In this document: in pieces, positions 57,401 through 64,000 of the stretch | Position numbering within the stretch: the first letter of the stretch is position 1 | Layout of the letters: each line of letters opens with the position of its first letter | Assembly (NCBI GenBank): GCA_964252035.1 | Contig: OZ176213.1 | DNA: 64,000 nt | Direction: 5' to 3' (one strand) | Source: Podarcis erhardii | Lineage: Eukaryota | Translations under genes and position numbers: made by a program | The notes under the pieces: generated by a model | What the model was told of the DNA's origin: nothing | The model's database searches: none | Seen by the model: only the letters and a program-made list of their open reading frames with translations

Positions 57401-60400
57401 AGCAGAAAGTAATGTCTCTTAAGTCCAGACTGCTTGTTTAGGCATTCTGTATAGAGCAGATTTTTTATGTCTGTCAGCCATTGGCTCTTTGCTAGGGATA
57501 TAAATGTGATCCTTTTGGTGTTCCTGCTCCTGAGAACATTGGTGCTCACTCAATAAATCCTCTGTTACTATGAATTACGCACTTTGCTGCCTGCCTCTGT
57601 ATGTCTTGTTTCCATGAAGCTTGAACCTCACAAGGCCTCAAGAGCCTCTGCTTCTATATCTCCAACCTCACATTAAGCCCTTATGCAAATTTCCAACACT
57701 ACAAACTTCCTTCTCTCCTCCCCAGGATAGGGTTCCTTGGCCTTGGCCTGATGGGGAGTGGCATTGTGTCCAACTTACTAAAAATGGGTCACACTGTCAC
57801 GGTCTGGAACCGGACTGCTGAAAAGGTGAGTTCATTCTTTGGGAAGTATGAGACGATATCATACATGATCTTAGTCACCTAGTCTAAGCTTATGCATCTG
57901 CAGAAAAACTTCATTATGAAGCTGTGGCAACTTTCAGCTTGGCTGACCTTAAGCCATCATCCCGAATGTGAACAGTGGGGTTTCACTGAGCTTGGAAGTA
58001 TAGTAATGAGGAGAAGCCATTTAGACAAAAAGTATGCCTTTCTGTCAGTCACATCTGAGACATGCATTTCTGAGCTCCACCACTGCTGTGACAAAGTCAG
58101 CTTAAATTATCACAGCAGAACGTAGTAGCCATGGTAACATTTTCCTTCCCTCTGCTTCATGTTCTTTCCTCTCATTTTGTGCTATTTTTGTGGCTAGTAG
58201 CAGAAGCTCTGCCTTCTGATCTCTGGAACAGCTGTGCCCACATCATTCTTGTATCAAGTTTTTGGAGATGGATTTATTTATTTGAAGCATTGGTTTACCC
58301 TGCCCTTCAGCCAAAAAGGCTCCTGGAATAGCTTGTATATGAGATAAGTAACATACAAGCCAGTCCCTTCAGGCTTGCAACCTAACACATACAACACAAG
58401 AGGGAAGAGGAAGAGAAGCCGACTCAGGCATCAGTTCGTAGTGAACACATAAGTAGCTTTTGAATGGGAAGATTTGAATGAGAGGAGGCCAGTGGCAGCC
58501 TGTCTCAGCAGAGTCAATGGAGTGGACCCTGAAGCCCCTCTGCTACAGCCAGCTGGAATGGCTAGTCTATAGACTGCTTGAGCACAGTGGAGTGAGAGAT
58601 AGTGTGCATGTCTAATTCTTAAAATCAGTGATCAAACTCACAGTGGTCCCCCCCACCCCTTATTCTGGGGTAAAAGCAATCAAGAGACTTGGTTTTGGAG
58701 CTACCATCTAGCAGCCTGTGACAGCAGGGGAATGGCCCAAATGTTCAGTGCCCACACAGAGATGATGAAAGCTAGTGCCAGGACCCATCCCCAGCTACTG
58801 CCACCAGTAGAAAGTAGCAGGTTGTCTTCTGTCATTCAGGACAGGTGATGTTTTCTATTCCCCACCAGCCCGCATGGGCTGTGTTTTGGAACTGGGCTCT
58901 AGCTGTTGCTACCTGTTTGGCTATTAGAAGGTAGCCTGCTATCATTGGCCTCCTGAGCTGTGGGCCTGATAAGTTGCTATGGAATCCCTGGGGTCTTTGG
59001 AATACTCCTTGAAATGCACTGCCTAAAGTAAGAGGATAGCTAACTATTCTAGAAAGCAGAGAAGAGAACCTGACATCACTGAACGTGATCTCCACACCCC
59101 AGAAAACAAGGTTCTTCTAAATAGCCTAGCCCTGTTTCATTTTGTTCATGTGAATGTGGTCCAGGATGCAATCCTCTTCAGTTCACCATGGGCACATCAG
59201 GGTCCCTGGTAGAGCGAAGCCAGCTTTGACCTTTATTATTCAGTGGTTTCCATTTCTTACATTTGGGTCTGTGACTTTTGCAGTGTGATTTGTTCATCCA
59301 GGAGGGGGCAAGGTTGGGAAGAACCCCCGCTGAAGTGGTCTCCACCTGTGACATCACTTTCGCCTGCGTATCTGATCCAAAGGCAGCCAAGGATGTAAGG
59401 ATTATCTCTTTTTCTTGCGCGCTCCCACCTTTCTCACAGTGCTGTACACAGCGCTGACTTTCCATGACCAAAAACTCTTCCAAAACATACTGACTACTGA
59501 TGAATGAATCCCTCCATGGATTCCAGTCATGAATCTCTGCAGCTCTTTAATTCTAAGCCAAGAAATTGCAGAAATCATATTCCTCATTGTAATGGATGCC
59601 CAAAATTTTGTCTGGTACAGTAATTCCCAAACTGTGCATCAGGGCATGCCAGGTACTGCAAGAGAGGCTGAAGTGTGCCTTGAAAAAAATAGTAAACTGG
59701 AGGTGTCCTCCCTTCTGTGCTCCTTAAAGCATTGAGGGCCCATGCAACATTGATTAACCCTCCTCACTCTTTACTTAGCATATATATAAGGACATGCTAG
59801 AATTAGACTATTTGAATAGTATCAGAATATTCAATTGAAATAAGTGTGTGCTAGGATTCCCTTATGCAATTGCTGATGGATGCAGGAAAAGCCCAGAAGC
59901 ATCACTGTTGTCTTGCCTTGACTGGGAAGGGGGAAATAGGAGGTAATGGTAGTTTCAAGGAGGAAGCCTGGCTGCTGTTCTGGGAACAGAAATTGTGAGG
60001 ATTAAGAGTGAAGTGTGCCTCCCAGTTTTAAATCATGGGTGGAAACTGATCAGAGTATCAAAACATGGCTCTAGTATTTAGAACAGGTCAGCCTGTCTTT
60101 TCGGCTGTATGTTGATATTTTCTGCCCAAATGCTTAATCTCCTTCTAAAGGCTTTTCTGTCAAATGACTGGAATCGTTCACAGTAGGTTTGGGCAGAGCT
60201 GGTTACTTTTGCTTTTTGTTTTCTTCATTTTGTGTGGTTGCTGGTGTAGTGTATGTTTATAATTTTCATAATCTTCTTTGAAGGCTGTAGTCTAAAGGCA
60301 ATATATAAAACAAATAAAGCACTGTTCGCGCTGTGGGATAGGATAACCACAATCAGCCACAGAAGCAAATTGTATCACTTCAAAGTTTAAAAAGTTTTAG

Positions 60401-63400
60401 ATAACTTTATTGTGACTTTTCCATAACCGCAGCCAACCCTGTGAGAGGTTGCTATTGTTCCCATTTTACAGCTGAGGAACAGAGGCTGAGAGTGACTTGG
60501 ATGAGACCATCAAGAGGTGGAGCTTGAACCTCGGTCTGAAAGGCTGAGGTCAGATGGAGCTTGATTAGTGTGTGCTTTCCCAGTAGCACACTCCTAAAAC
60601 CCGAGACTACTAATAGAGGGTGGAATAAAGAGGACTGTGCTTGTGCTGCAAGTTTTGTAGCTCTTATGTGGCTGTAAGAGTAGGCTTGAAAAACTGTTAT
60701 CTGTGCTTAGCAAAATCTCAGAAAAGCAGCAGAGAATCCCCTGGCACAGCTGAGTATATTTTTCTATTTTTTAAGTGATTTTGCTCCAGAGTCCTACATA
60801 AGCTCATGTTATCCATACAACTCAACCAATGCACAATACAAGTAAAATACACAAAAATAATTGTGTGGCTGAGTGTAATATGAAGTAGAGCATCACAAAA
60901 TGTATGATCTGCCCCTCCTAATAGGACCTAAGAAGCTACCATTGTTCCAGGTCAGTCCAGGTCCATCTAGCCCAGGAATTAGGCAACTCTTCATCTGCTA
61001 TCTTTTTTAAAAAGGATTTTCCCTCCCCATATCATTTAAAATGGCCAGTTGTCATAACCAGCACCCAATCCAGAGCCCTACAATGTCAACACATCAATCA
61101 AATCTTACCCCTGCTGTTTTATATATATGTAACTGCAAGGCTGTGAAGTTAATAGAATGGGAGGTTTCATCCTTGAGTAAGAAGTTGGGCTGCATGAATT
61201 TTGGATTCCTTTTGAGTTTCCGTTTTATACAGGTGCTGCAGTATAGCACTGCAGATGTGTGCGCATGCTCGGCTGACCCTGTGAGAAACTAGTCTTATTT
61301 CTGTGTGGTCCAGTTCCTCCCCTCTGCCTGGAACTGCAAATAGTAACACATCCTAATGGAGCTACAACCAGACATCCCTTATCCAAGATAGAGAGAAAAT
61401 GTAGCCCAAGGCAGTAATGCCATCATCTTCCTGATCCTTTGTTAGAGCTTCCTTAAAACTATCCTCTGTCTAAAGTGAATAGCAGCATCCTACAAGGTAA
61501 ATAATGTTGAGGCCACTCAAGTCATGGGGGCACTTTCAGCAAGTCCTTGTGCAGAGATGGTTAGCAGGAGGCCCTTTAGCATTGGCATAGGTGGGTTTCC
61601 TTTGCAGACATCCTATTGCTTTGGCGCTCTTCTATTCCCACAGCTGGTGCTTGGTCCTAGTGGAGTGCTCCAGGGTATACGTCCAGGAAAGTGCTACGTG
61701 GACATGTCCACCGTGGATGCAGACACTGTTACAGAACTGGCTCAGGTAAGCATTGCAAACTTGAGTGCCTGGTGTTATTTTAAATCATGTAATAGGGTTA
61801 GCTCTCCTTCAGGATGGTGTTCATTCACTCCTTTTCCGCTACATGCAAATTCTACCTTAAAAGAGCCAGGCAATCTGCAAGCTAAAAATTGAGACCTGTA
61901 ACCAGAGATTCGGATTTTTGATTCAAATGATTTGTGGAAGTCTGCCTCACCTCCCTGTACCACGTTCTCTTCATGTCAAAGTTCCTTTGCCCATTTCCTT
62001 CTTGCAAACTGTATGCCCTTTTGCACACACATGCACCTGCCTACTGTCCTTAGGATCTCTGAACTTTTTCTTCGATCTAAAGAAATGGTAGCCAGTGTGG
62101 TGCCCTCCAGATACTGTTGGAGTCCATGAACAACTGGAGGGCACCAAGTTGGCTGCCCCTAAATTGATGTGACCTTTCGGTTCCCTCAAAAGTGGCTGCG
62201 CTGTCAATAGTCTCCTGCTGACATAGTCAACATTAGCCAATATATGGGGTGTTTTCAACATCAGTGTCACCACAGCAGGTTAACCCAATGGCTAGAGGGA
62301 GTTCATGGGTGCTCCTGTCATTAATAGGTGCTTGGGGTTTCCTGTATTTCCTGATGGTTTTCAAGGCATAGCTTTCCTCTTTGACCTCTTGATTGGTGCC
62401 GTATGTGTGTGCCCCATTTAATTGGGACATTTCTTCTCGTTTCTTCCAGGTGATCGTATCCAGGGGTGGTCGCTTCCTGGAGGCACCAGTTTCTGGGAAC
62501 CAACAACTCTCTAATGATGGCATGCTGGTGATACTAGCTGCTGGTGACAGGGGCTTATATGAAGACTGCAGTAGTTGTTTCCAAGCAATGGGGAAAACCT
62601 CTTTTTTTCTAGGTAATACCTTCCATCCCAGTGCTGAAAAGAATCATAGTAGGCTGATCATAGGCAGAATATAGTTTAAGCCCACTGAATTCAGTTGGCT
62701 TAGTGTGCCTCGATTTGTATAGTAAGAATGGGCAATCTGTGGTCCTCCACACTGTTGTTCAACTAAAATTCCCAGCAGCTCCAGGCCAGCTGATGGCCAG
62801 TAATCAGGAGTTGATCTGGATGGCACTGTGTTGCCCACCCTTGCTATCAGTATCTCCATTCTGAGAGGTGGAATAAGAAGGTGAGTCTCCCCCTCAGCAT
62901 GTTTAGGTAAGAGAACACAAAACTGTGGTAAAAAAAAAAGATTGTTTTGGAATCCAGCGTCTGTCTAAAGCAGTGATACAGGCAACCCCTGATTTGCAGA
63001 AGGGTTGTGTAAGGAGTCACGTGCACAACTGCGGAGCACACATTAGCCCACTATGCTCCCACCTGCTGTTAGGCCCCCTTTTCTGGCCACTTCCATGTTG
63101 CTGTCATGCACACATTTATATTAGGGATTCAGTTCACCCACCCCAAACCAAAGATGTGGTTGCTTTCACTGGGTGTCTTTCAGAACGGCTTAGATGTCAG
63201 TGGGCATGGTGCAGGTTCTTTGTTTTTTCCTTATATAGAGCTGTCCAACAGTGTGTGCCTCTCTCACAGGGGAAGTGGGCAATGCTGCCAAGATGATGCT
63301 CATTGTGAACATGGTCCAAGGAAGCTTCATGGCCACAATAGCAGAAGGACTAACTCTGGCTCAAGTGACTGGTCAGTCGCAGCAGACTCTTCTGGATATC

Positions 63401-64000
63401 CTCAACCAGGGACAGCTCGCCAGCATCTTCTTGGACCAGAAGTGCCAAAGTAAAGTTCTCTCCCATCTTTCCTTCTTAACCAGAAAGCTAGTTTCTCTTT
63501 TTAAGTGTCACCAAACAGTTGCATAGTGGGGTTCAAAGAGTGGGGGAGAGGAGATAAGCATTGCTTCTGGGATTCACTATTCCATTAGTGTAGTGTAGGA
63601 TGGATTTGCTGCAGATTCATACTCCCACATCCAAGCCAAAGATTTTATCCACTGAACATTGCATGCTTGTTGCTACTTCATCTGTCTTCACAGCCAGGCT
63701 TTTAAAAATATGGGGTGATACAGGAAGTCCATGTTTGGGGGAGGGTCACAGTTTAGCAGTGTCCTAGGTTTTGTCACCAAAAGGAGGGTTAGGAAAGATA
63801 GCTGCCTTGAAGATCACTTTTAGAGTAGCAATCTCACTCTACTTGACGTCTTTAAGCAGGGTCAGTTTGATCCTGGCACTAGTGAAATCTGCAAGGGAAG
63901 AGAGAAAGCAAGTCAGCAGCTGGGAAAGTGGAATGTGAAATGTACCTGGGGTTTTGTTTCTTTTCTTTTCTTCCAGACATCCTGCAAGGAAATTTTAAAC
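27377..64000 (+). CDS. GLYR1: Cytokine-like nuclear factor N-PAC / glyoxylate reductase 1 homolog, spliced CDS span, 3'-truncated by window edge
   Basis: In-frame exons give PWWP ([23 protein letters not shown]), AT-hook [19 protein letters not shown] linker, Rossmann GLGLMG and dehydrogenase fold. Confidence 0.97.
28500..28640 (-). mobile_element. MIR-like SINE, degraded
   Basis: ACAGCAACCCTGTG...GTGACTTGGCCAAAGCCACC...GGGATTTAAACTCAGG. Confidence 0.55.
30189..30739. mobile_element. Tc1/mariner (Tc2/Kanga-like) non-autonomous DNA transposon, 551 bp, TA TSD
   Basis: TA|CCGTATTTTTCATCCTATAGGACGCAC ... GTGCGTCCTATGGGGCGAAAAATACGG|TA. Confidence 0.88.
31900..32730 (-). mobile_element. L1/Tx1-type LINE 3' fragment with ORF2 C-terminal zinc knuckle
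   Basis: ORF 32300..32491 [28 protein letters not shown] matches the CxxC-x7-HxxWxC...FW motif of L1-clade ORF2. Confidence 0.82.
33005..33187. mobile_element. Penelope-like element terminal fragment folded into a palindrome
   Basis: GGTAGCCGTGTTGGTCTG...CCAGTAGCACCTTAAAGACCAACTAAG...AGCTTTCGTG resembles reptile Penelope/Neptune termini; 77-bp inverted arms. Confidence 0.75.
34126..34253. mobile_element. hAT-type MITE with 8-bp TSD (A/G)TCTAGGC
   Basis: TIR CAGTGTTTTTCAAACTTGG / CCAAGTTTGAGAAACACTG; TSD 34118-34125 and 34254-34261 (7/8). Confidence 0.85.
36031..36245. mobile_element. Tigger/pogo-like MITE, TA TSD
   Basis: TA|CAGTGGTACCTCAGGTTA ... TAACCCGAGGTACCACTG|TA; internal TTAACCTGAAG repeats. 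Confidence 0.9.
37633..37669 (+). CDS. GLYR1: GLYR1 exon 2 (37 nt, [12 protein letters not shown])
   Basis: TTTTTCTATAG acceptor, AAG|GTGAGT donor; PWWP motif variant YPPWP. Confidence 0.96.
38121..38495 (+). mobile_element. Sauria SINE (Squam1), full length, (ACCTTT)n tail, 15-bp TSD
   Basis: GGGACGCGGGTGGCGCTGTGGGTTAAACC head, GGTTCAAATCC B box, tail GGGGTCCC(TTTACC)n; TSD TAATATCCACCAGAA at 38105-38119 and 38495-38509. Confidence 0.95.
39670..39749 (+). CDS. GLYR1: GLYR1 exon 3 (80 nt, [27 protein letters not shown])
   Basis: CTCTCTCAG acceptor, GTATGT donor. Confidence 0.96.
40020..40143. mobile_element. hAT-like MITE (CCCTCCAGATG family), degraded
   Basis: GGGAACCTGTGGCCCTCCAGATG ... 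CTGGAGGGCTGCAGGTT. Confidence 0.65.
40835..41035 (-). mobile_element. L2-type LINE 3' tail
   Basis: (AAT)n, TTTATACCCTGCCCTCCCCAGCC...CTCAGAGCGGCTTACA, A-rich body. Confidence 0.65.
42328..42462 (-). mobile_element. L2-type LINE 3' tail
   Basis: (AAT)n, TATACCCTGCCCATCTGGCTGGG...CCAGCCACTCTGGGTGGCT. Confidence 0.65.
42525..42682 (-). mobile_element. MIR-like SINE, degraded
   Basis: ACACCCTGTAAGGTAG..TATTATCCCC...GACTGAGA...TTTGAACC...ACACCAGCTCTC. Confidence 0.55.
44345..44720 (+). mobile_element. L2 LINE 3' fragment
   Basis: CCAGGCACAATTCACGGTGCTGGTTTTGACCTATAAAG (RAQFKVLVLTYKAL-like), AGGCAAAAACATACCTTTT. Confidence 0.7.
45935..46073 (+). CDS. GLYR1: GLYR1 exon 4 (139 nt, [11 protein letters not shown]...KGKDQ)
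   Basis: Within ORF 45750..46106; TTTTATTAG acceptor, GTGAGT donor. Confidence 0.96.
46572..46790 (+). CDS. GLYR1: GLYR1 exon 5 (219 nt, ASHNSTEEK...[10 protein letters not shown]), AT-hook
   Basis: Within ORF 46500..46991; CTCTCAG acceptor, AAG|GTTTGT donor. Confidence 0.94.
47840..48083. mobile_element. Tigger/pogo-like MITE, TA TSD, CpG-rich
   Basis: TA|CAGTGGAACCTCGAGTTGC ... GCAACCTGAGGTATGACTG|TA. Confidence 0.85.
48821..48962 (+). mobile_element. tRNA-Lys(CTT)-derived SINE with CR1 3' tail
   Basis: TAGCTCAATGGGTAGAACGTATGACTCTTAATCTCAGGGTCCTGAGTTCAACCCC follows tRNA-Lys(CTT); then GGTTGAACTAGATGGCCCTTCGGGTCCCTTTCAACTCTACAATTCTGTGA (CR1 3' end). Confidence 0.82.
50939..51025 (+). CDS. 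GLYR1: GLYR1 exon 6 (87 nt, [29 protein letters not shown])
   Basis: CTTCACAG acceptor, GAG|GTGATT donor (alternative donor at 51017). Confidence 0.92.
52918..53052. mobile_element. hAT-like MITE (GTGCCCTCCA family), degraded
   Basis: CAGGGTTAGTCAATGTGGTGCCCTCCA...CCCATCAGCCCCAGCCAGCA...CTGGAGGG...GGGCTACTCCTG. Confidence 0.6.
53275..53660 (-). mobile_element. L2 LINE 3' end with (TTTG)n microsatellite tail (53275-53312)
   Basis: TTTGTATACCGTCC..., GCATTCCACAAACTGGGAGCCACCACAGGAAAGGCCC, GAAGGGCTTCAGAGGATGATCT. Confidence 0.75.
54563..54619 (+). CDS. GLYR1: GLYR1 exon 7 (57 nt, [19 protein letters not shown]), LSD2/KDM1B-activating motif
   Basis: TTGCAG acceptor, AAG|GTGAGC donor. Confidence 0.96.
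54942..55098 (-). mobile_element. Squam2-like SINE
   Basis: ATAGGACATTGCCTTATACTGAACCAGATCATTGATCCATCTAGCTCAGTAT...CTTCTGTATGCAAAGCAAGTGTTCTACC. Confidence 0.78.
55408..55458 (+). CDS. GLYR1: GLYR1 exon 8 (51 nt, [17 protein letters not shown])
   Basis: Long pyrimidine tract + TATGCAG, GAG|GTATAG donor. Confidence 0.95.
55563..55636 (+). CDS. GLYR1: GLYR1 exon 9 (74 nt, [25 protein letters not shown])
   Basis: CCCCTTAG acceptor, AA|GTAAGA donor; intron 8 is 104 nt. Confidence 0.95.
57726..57825 (+). CDS. GLYR1: GLYR1 exon 10 (100 nt, [33 protein letters not shown]), Rossmann GxGxxG
   Basis: CTCCCCAG acceptor, GTGAGT donor. Confidence 0.97.
58850..59010 (-). mobile_element. L2 LINE fragment
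   Basis: Minus strand CTAGAGCCCAGTTCCAAAACA and GPQLRRP-like coding remnant. Confidence 0.45.
59284..59394 (+). CDS. GLYR1: GLYR1 exon 11 (111 nt, [37 protein letters not shown])
   Basis: TTTTGCAG acceptor, GAT|GTAAGG donor. Confidence 0.96.
60430..60540 (-). mobile_element. MIR-like SINE fragment
   Basis: CAACCCTGTGAGAG...CCCATTTTACAGCTGAGGAAC...GGCTGAGAGTGACTTG...TTGAACC. Confidence 0.6.
61644..61745 (+). CDS. GLYR1: GLYR1 exon 12 (102 nt, [34 protein letters not shown])
   Basis: TTCCCACAG acceptor, CAG|GTAAGC donor. Confidence 0.97.
62450..62612 (+). CDS. GLYR1: GLYR1 exon 13 (163 nt, [16 protein letters not shown]...KTSFFLG)
   Basis: TTCTTCCAG acceptor, G|GTAATA donor. Confidence 0.97.
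62725..62847. mobile_element. hAT-like MITE, degraded
   Basis: GGGCAATCTGTGGTCCTCCA ... GTTGCCCACCCTTG. Confidence 0.5.
63270..63449 (+). CDS. GLYR1: GLYR1 exon 14 (180 nt, [17 protein letters not shown]...FLDQKCQ)
   Basis: CTCTCACAG acceptor, A|GTAAAG donor. Confidence 0.97.
63977..64000 (+). CDS. GLYR1: GLYR1 exon 15, partial (N/ILQGNFK...)
   Basis: TTTTCTTCCAG acceptor, AC ATC CTG CAA GGA AAT TTT AAA; cut by window end. Confidence 0.93.

Noticed and set aside
57304-57549. 81-aa minus-strand ORF inside GLYR1 intron 9
   Set aside because: No recognisable motif or splice context; its length is within random expectation.

Overview
Eukaryotic (vertebrate) genomic DNA, almost certainly a squamate and probably a lacertid lizard (inferred from Sauria/Squam-type SINEs). 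The window holds two head-to-head chromatin genes sharing one CpG-island promoter (~26.2-27.9 kb). UBN1 (ubinuclein-1, H3.3-binding subunit of the HIRA chaperone) is on the minus strand: 17 coding exons from ATG at 23083 to a probable stop near 3054, about 1158 aa. GLYR1 (NPAC/N-PAC; PWWP, AT-hook, LSD2-activating linker, catalytically dead beta-hydroxyacid dehydrogenase fold) is on the plus strand from ATG 27377; 15 coding exons are seen and the gene runs off the right edge. Exon boundaries were rebuilt by hand from GT-AG sites and phase continuity. Introns carry SINEs, CR1/L2/L1 fragments, hAT and Tc1/mariner MITEs, a Penelope-derived palindrome and microsatellites. I found no evidence of a novel multi-gene system. 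The most unusual local features are a 154-bp spacer-less palindrome, a SINE flanked by a 57-bp duplication, a 126-bp hairpin near a UBN1 splice acceptor, a (CUG)10 mini-intron controlling the UBN1 C-terminus, a uORF-dense UBN1 leader and several in-frame tandem splice sites. Comparisons with human proteins are from memory, not from a database search.
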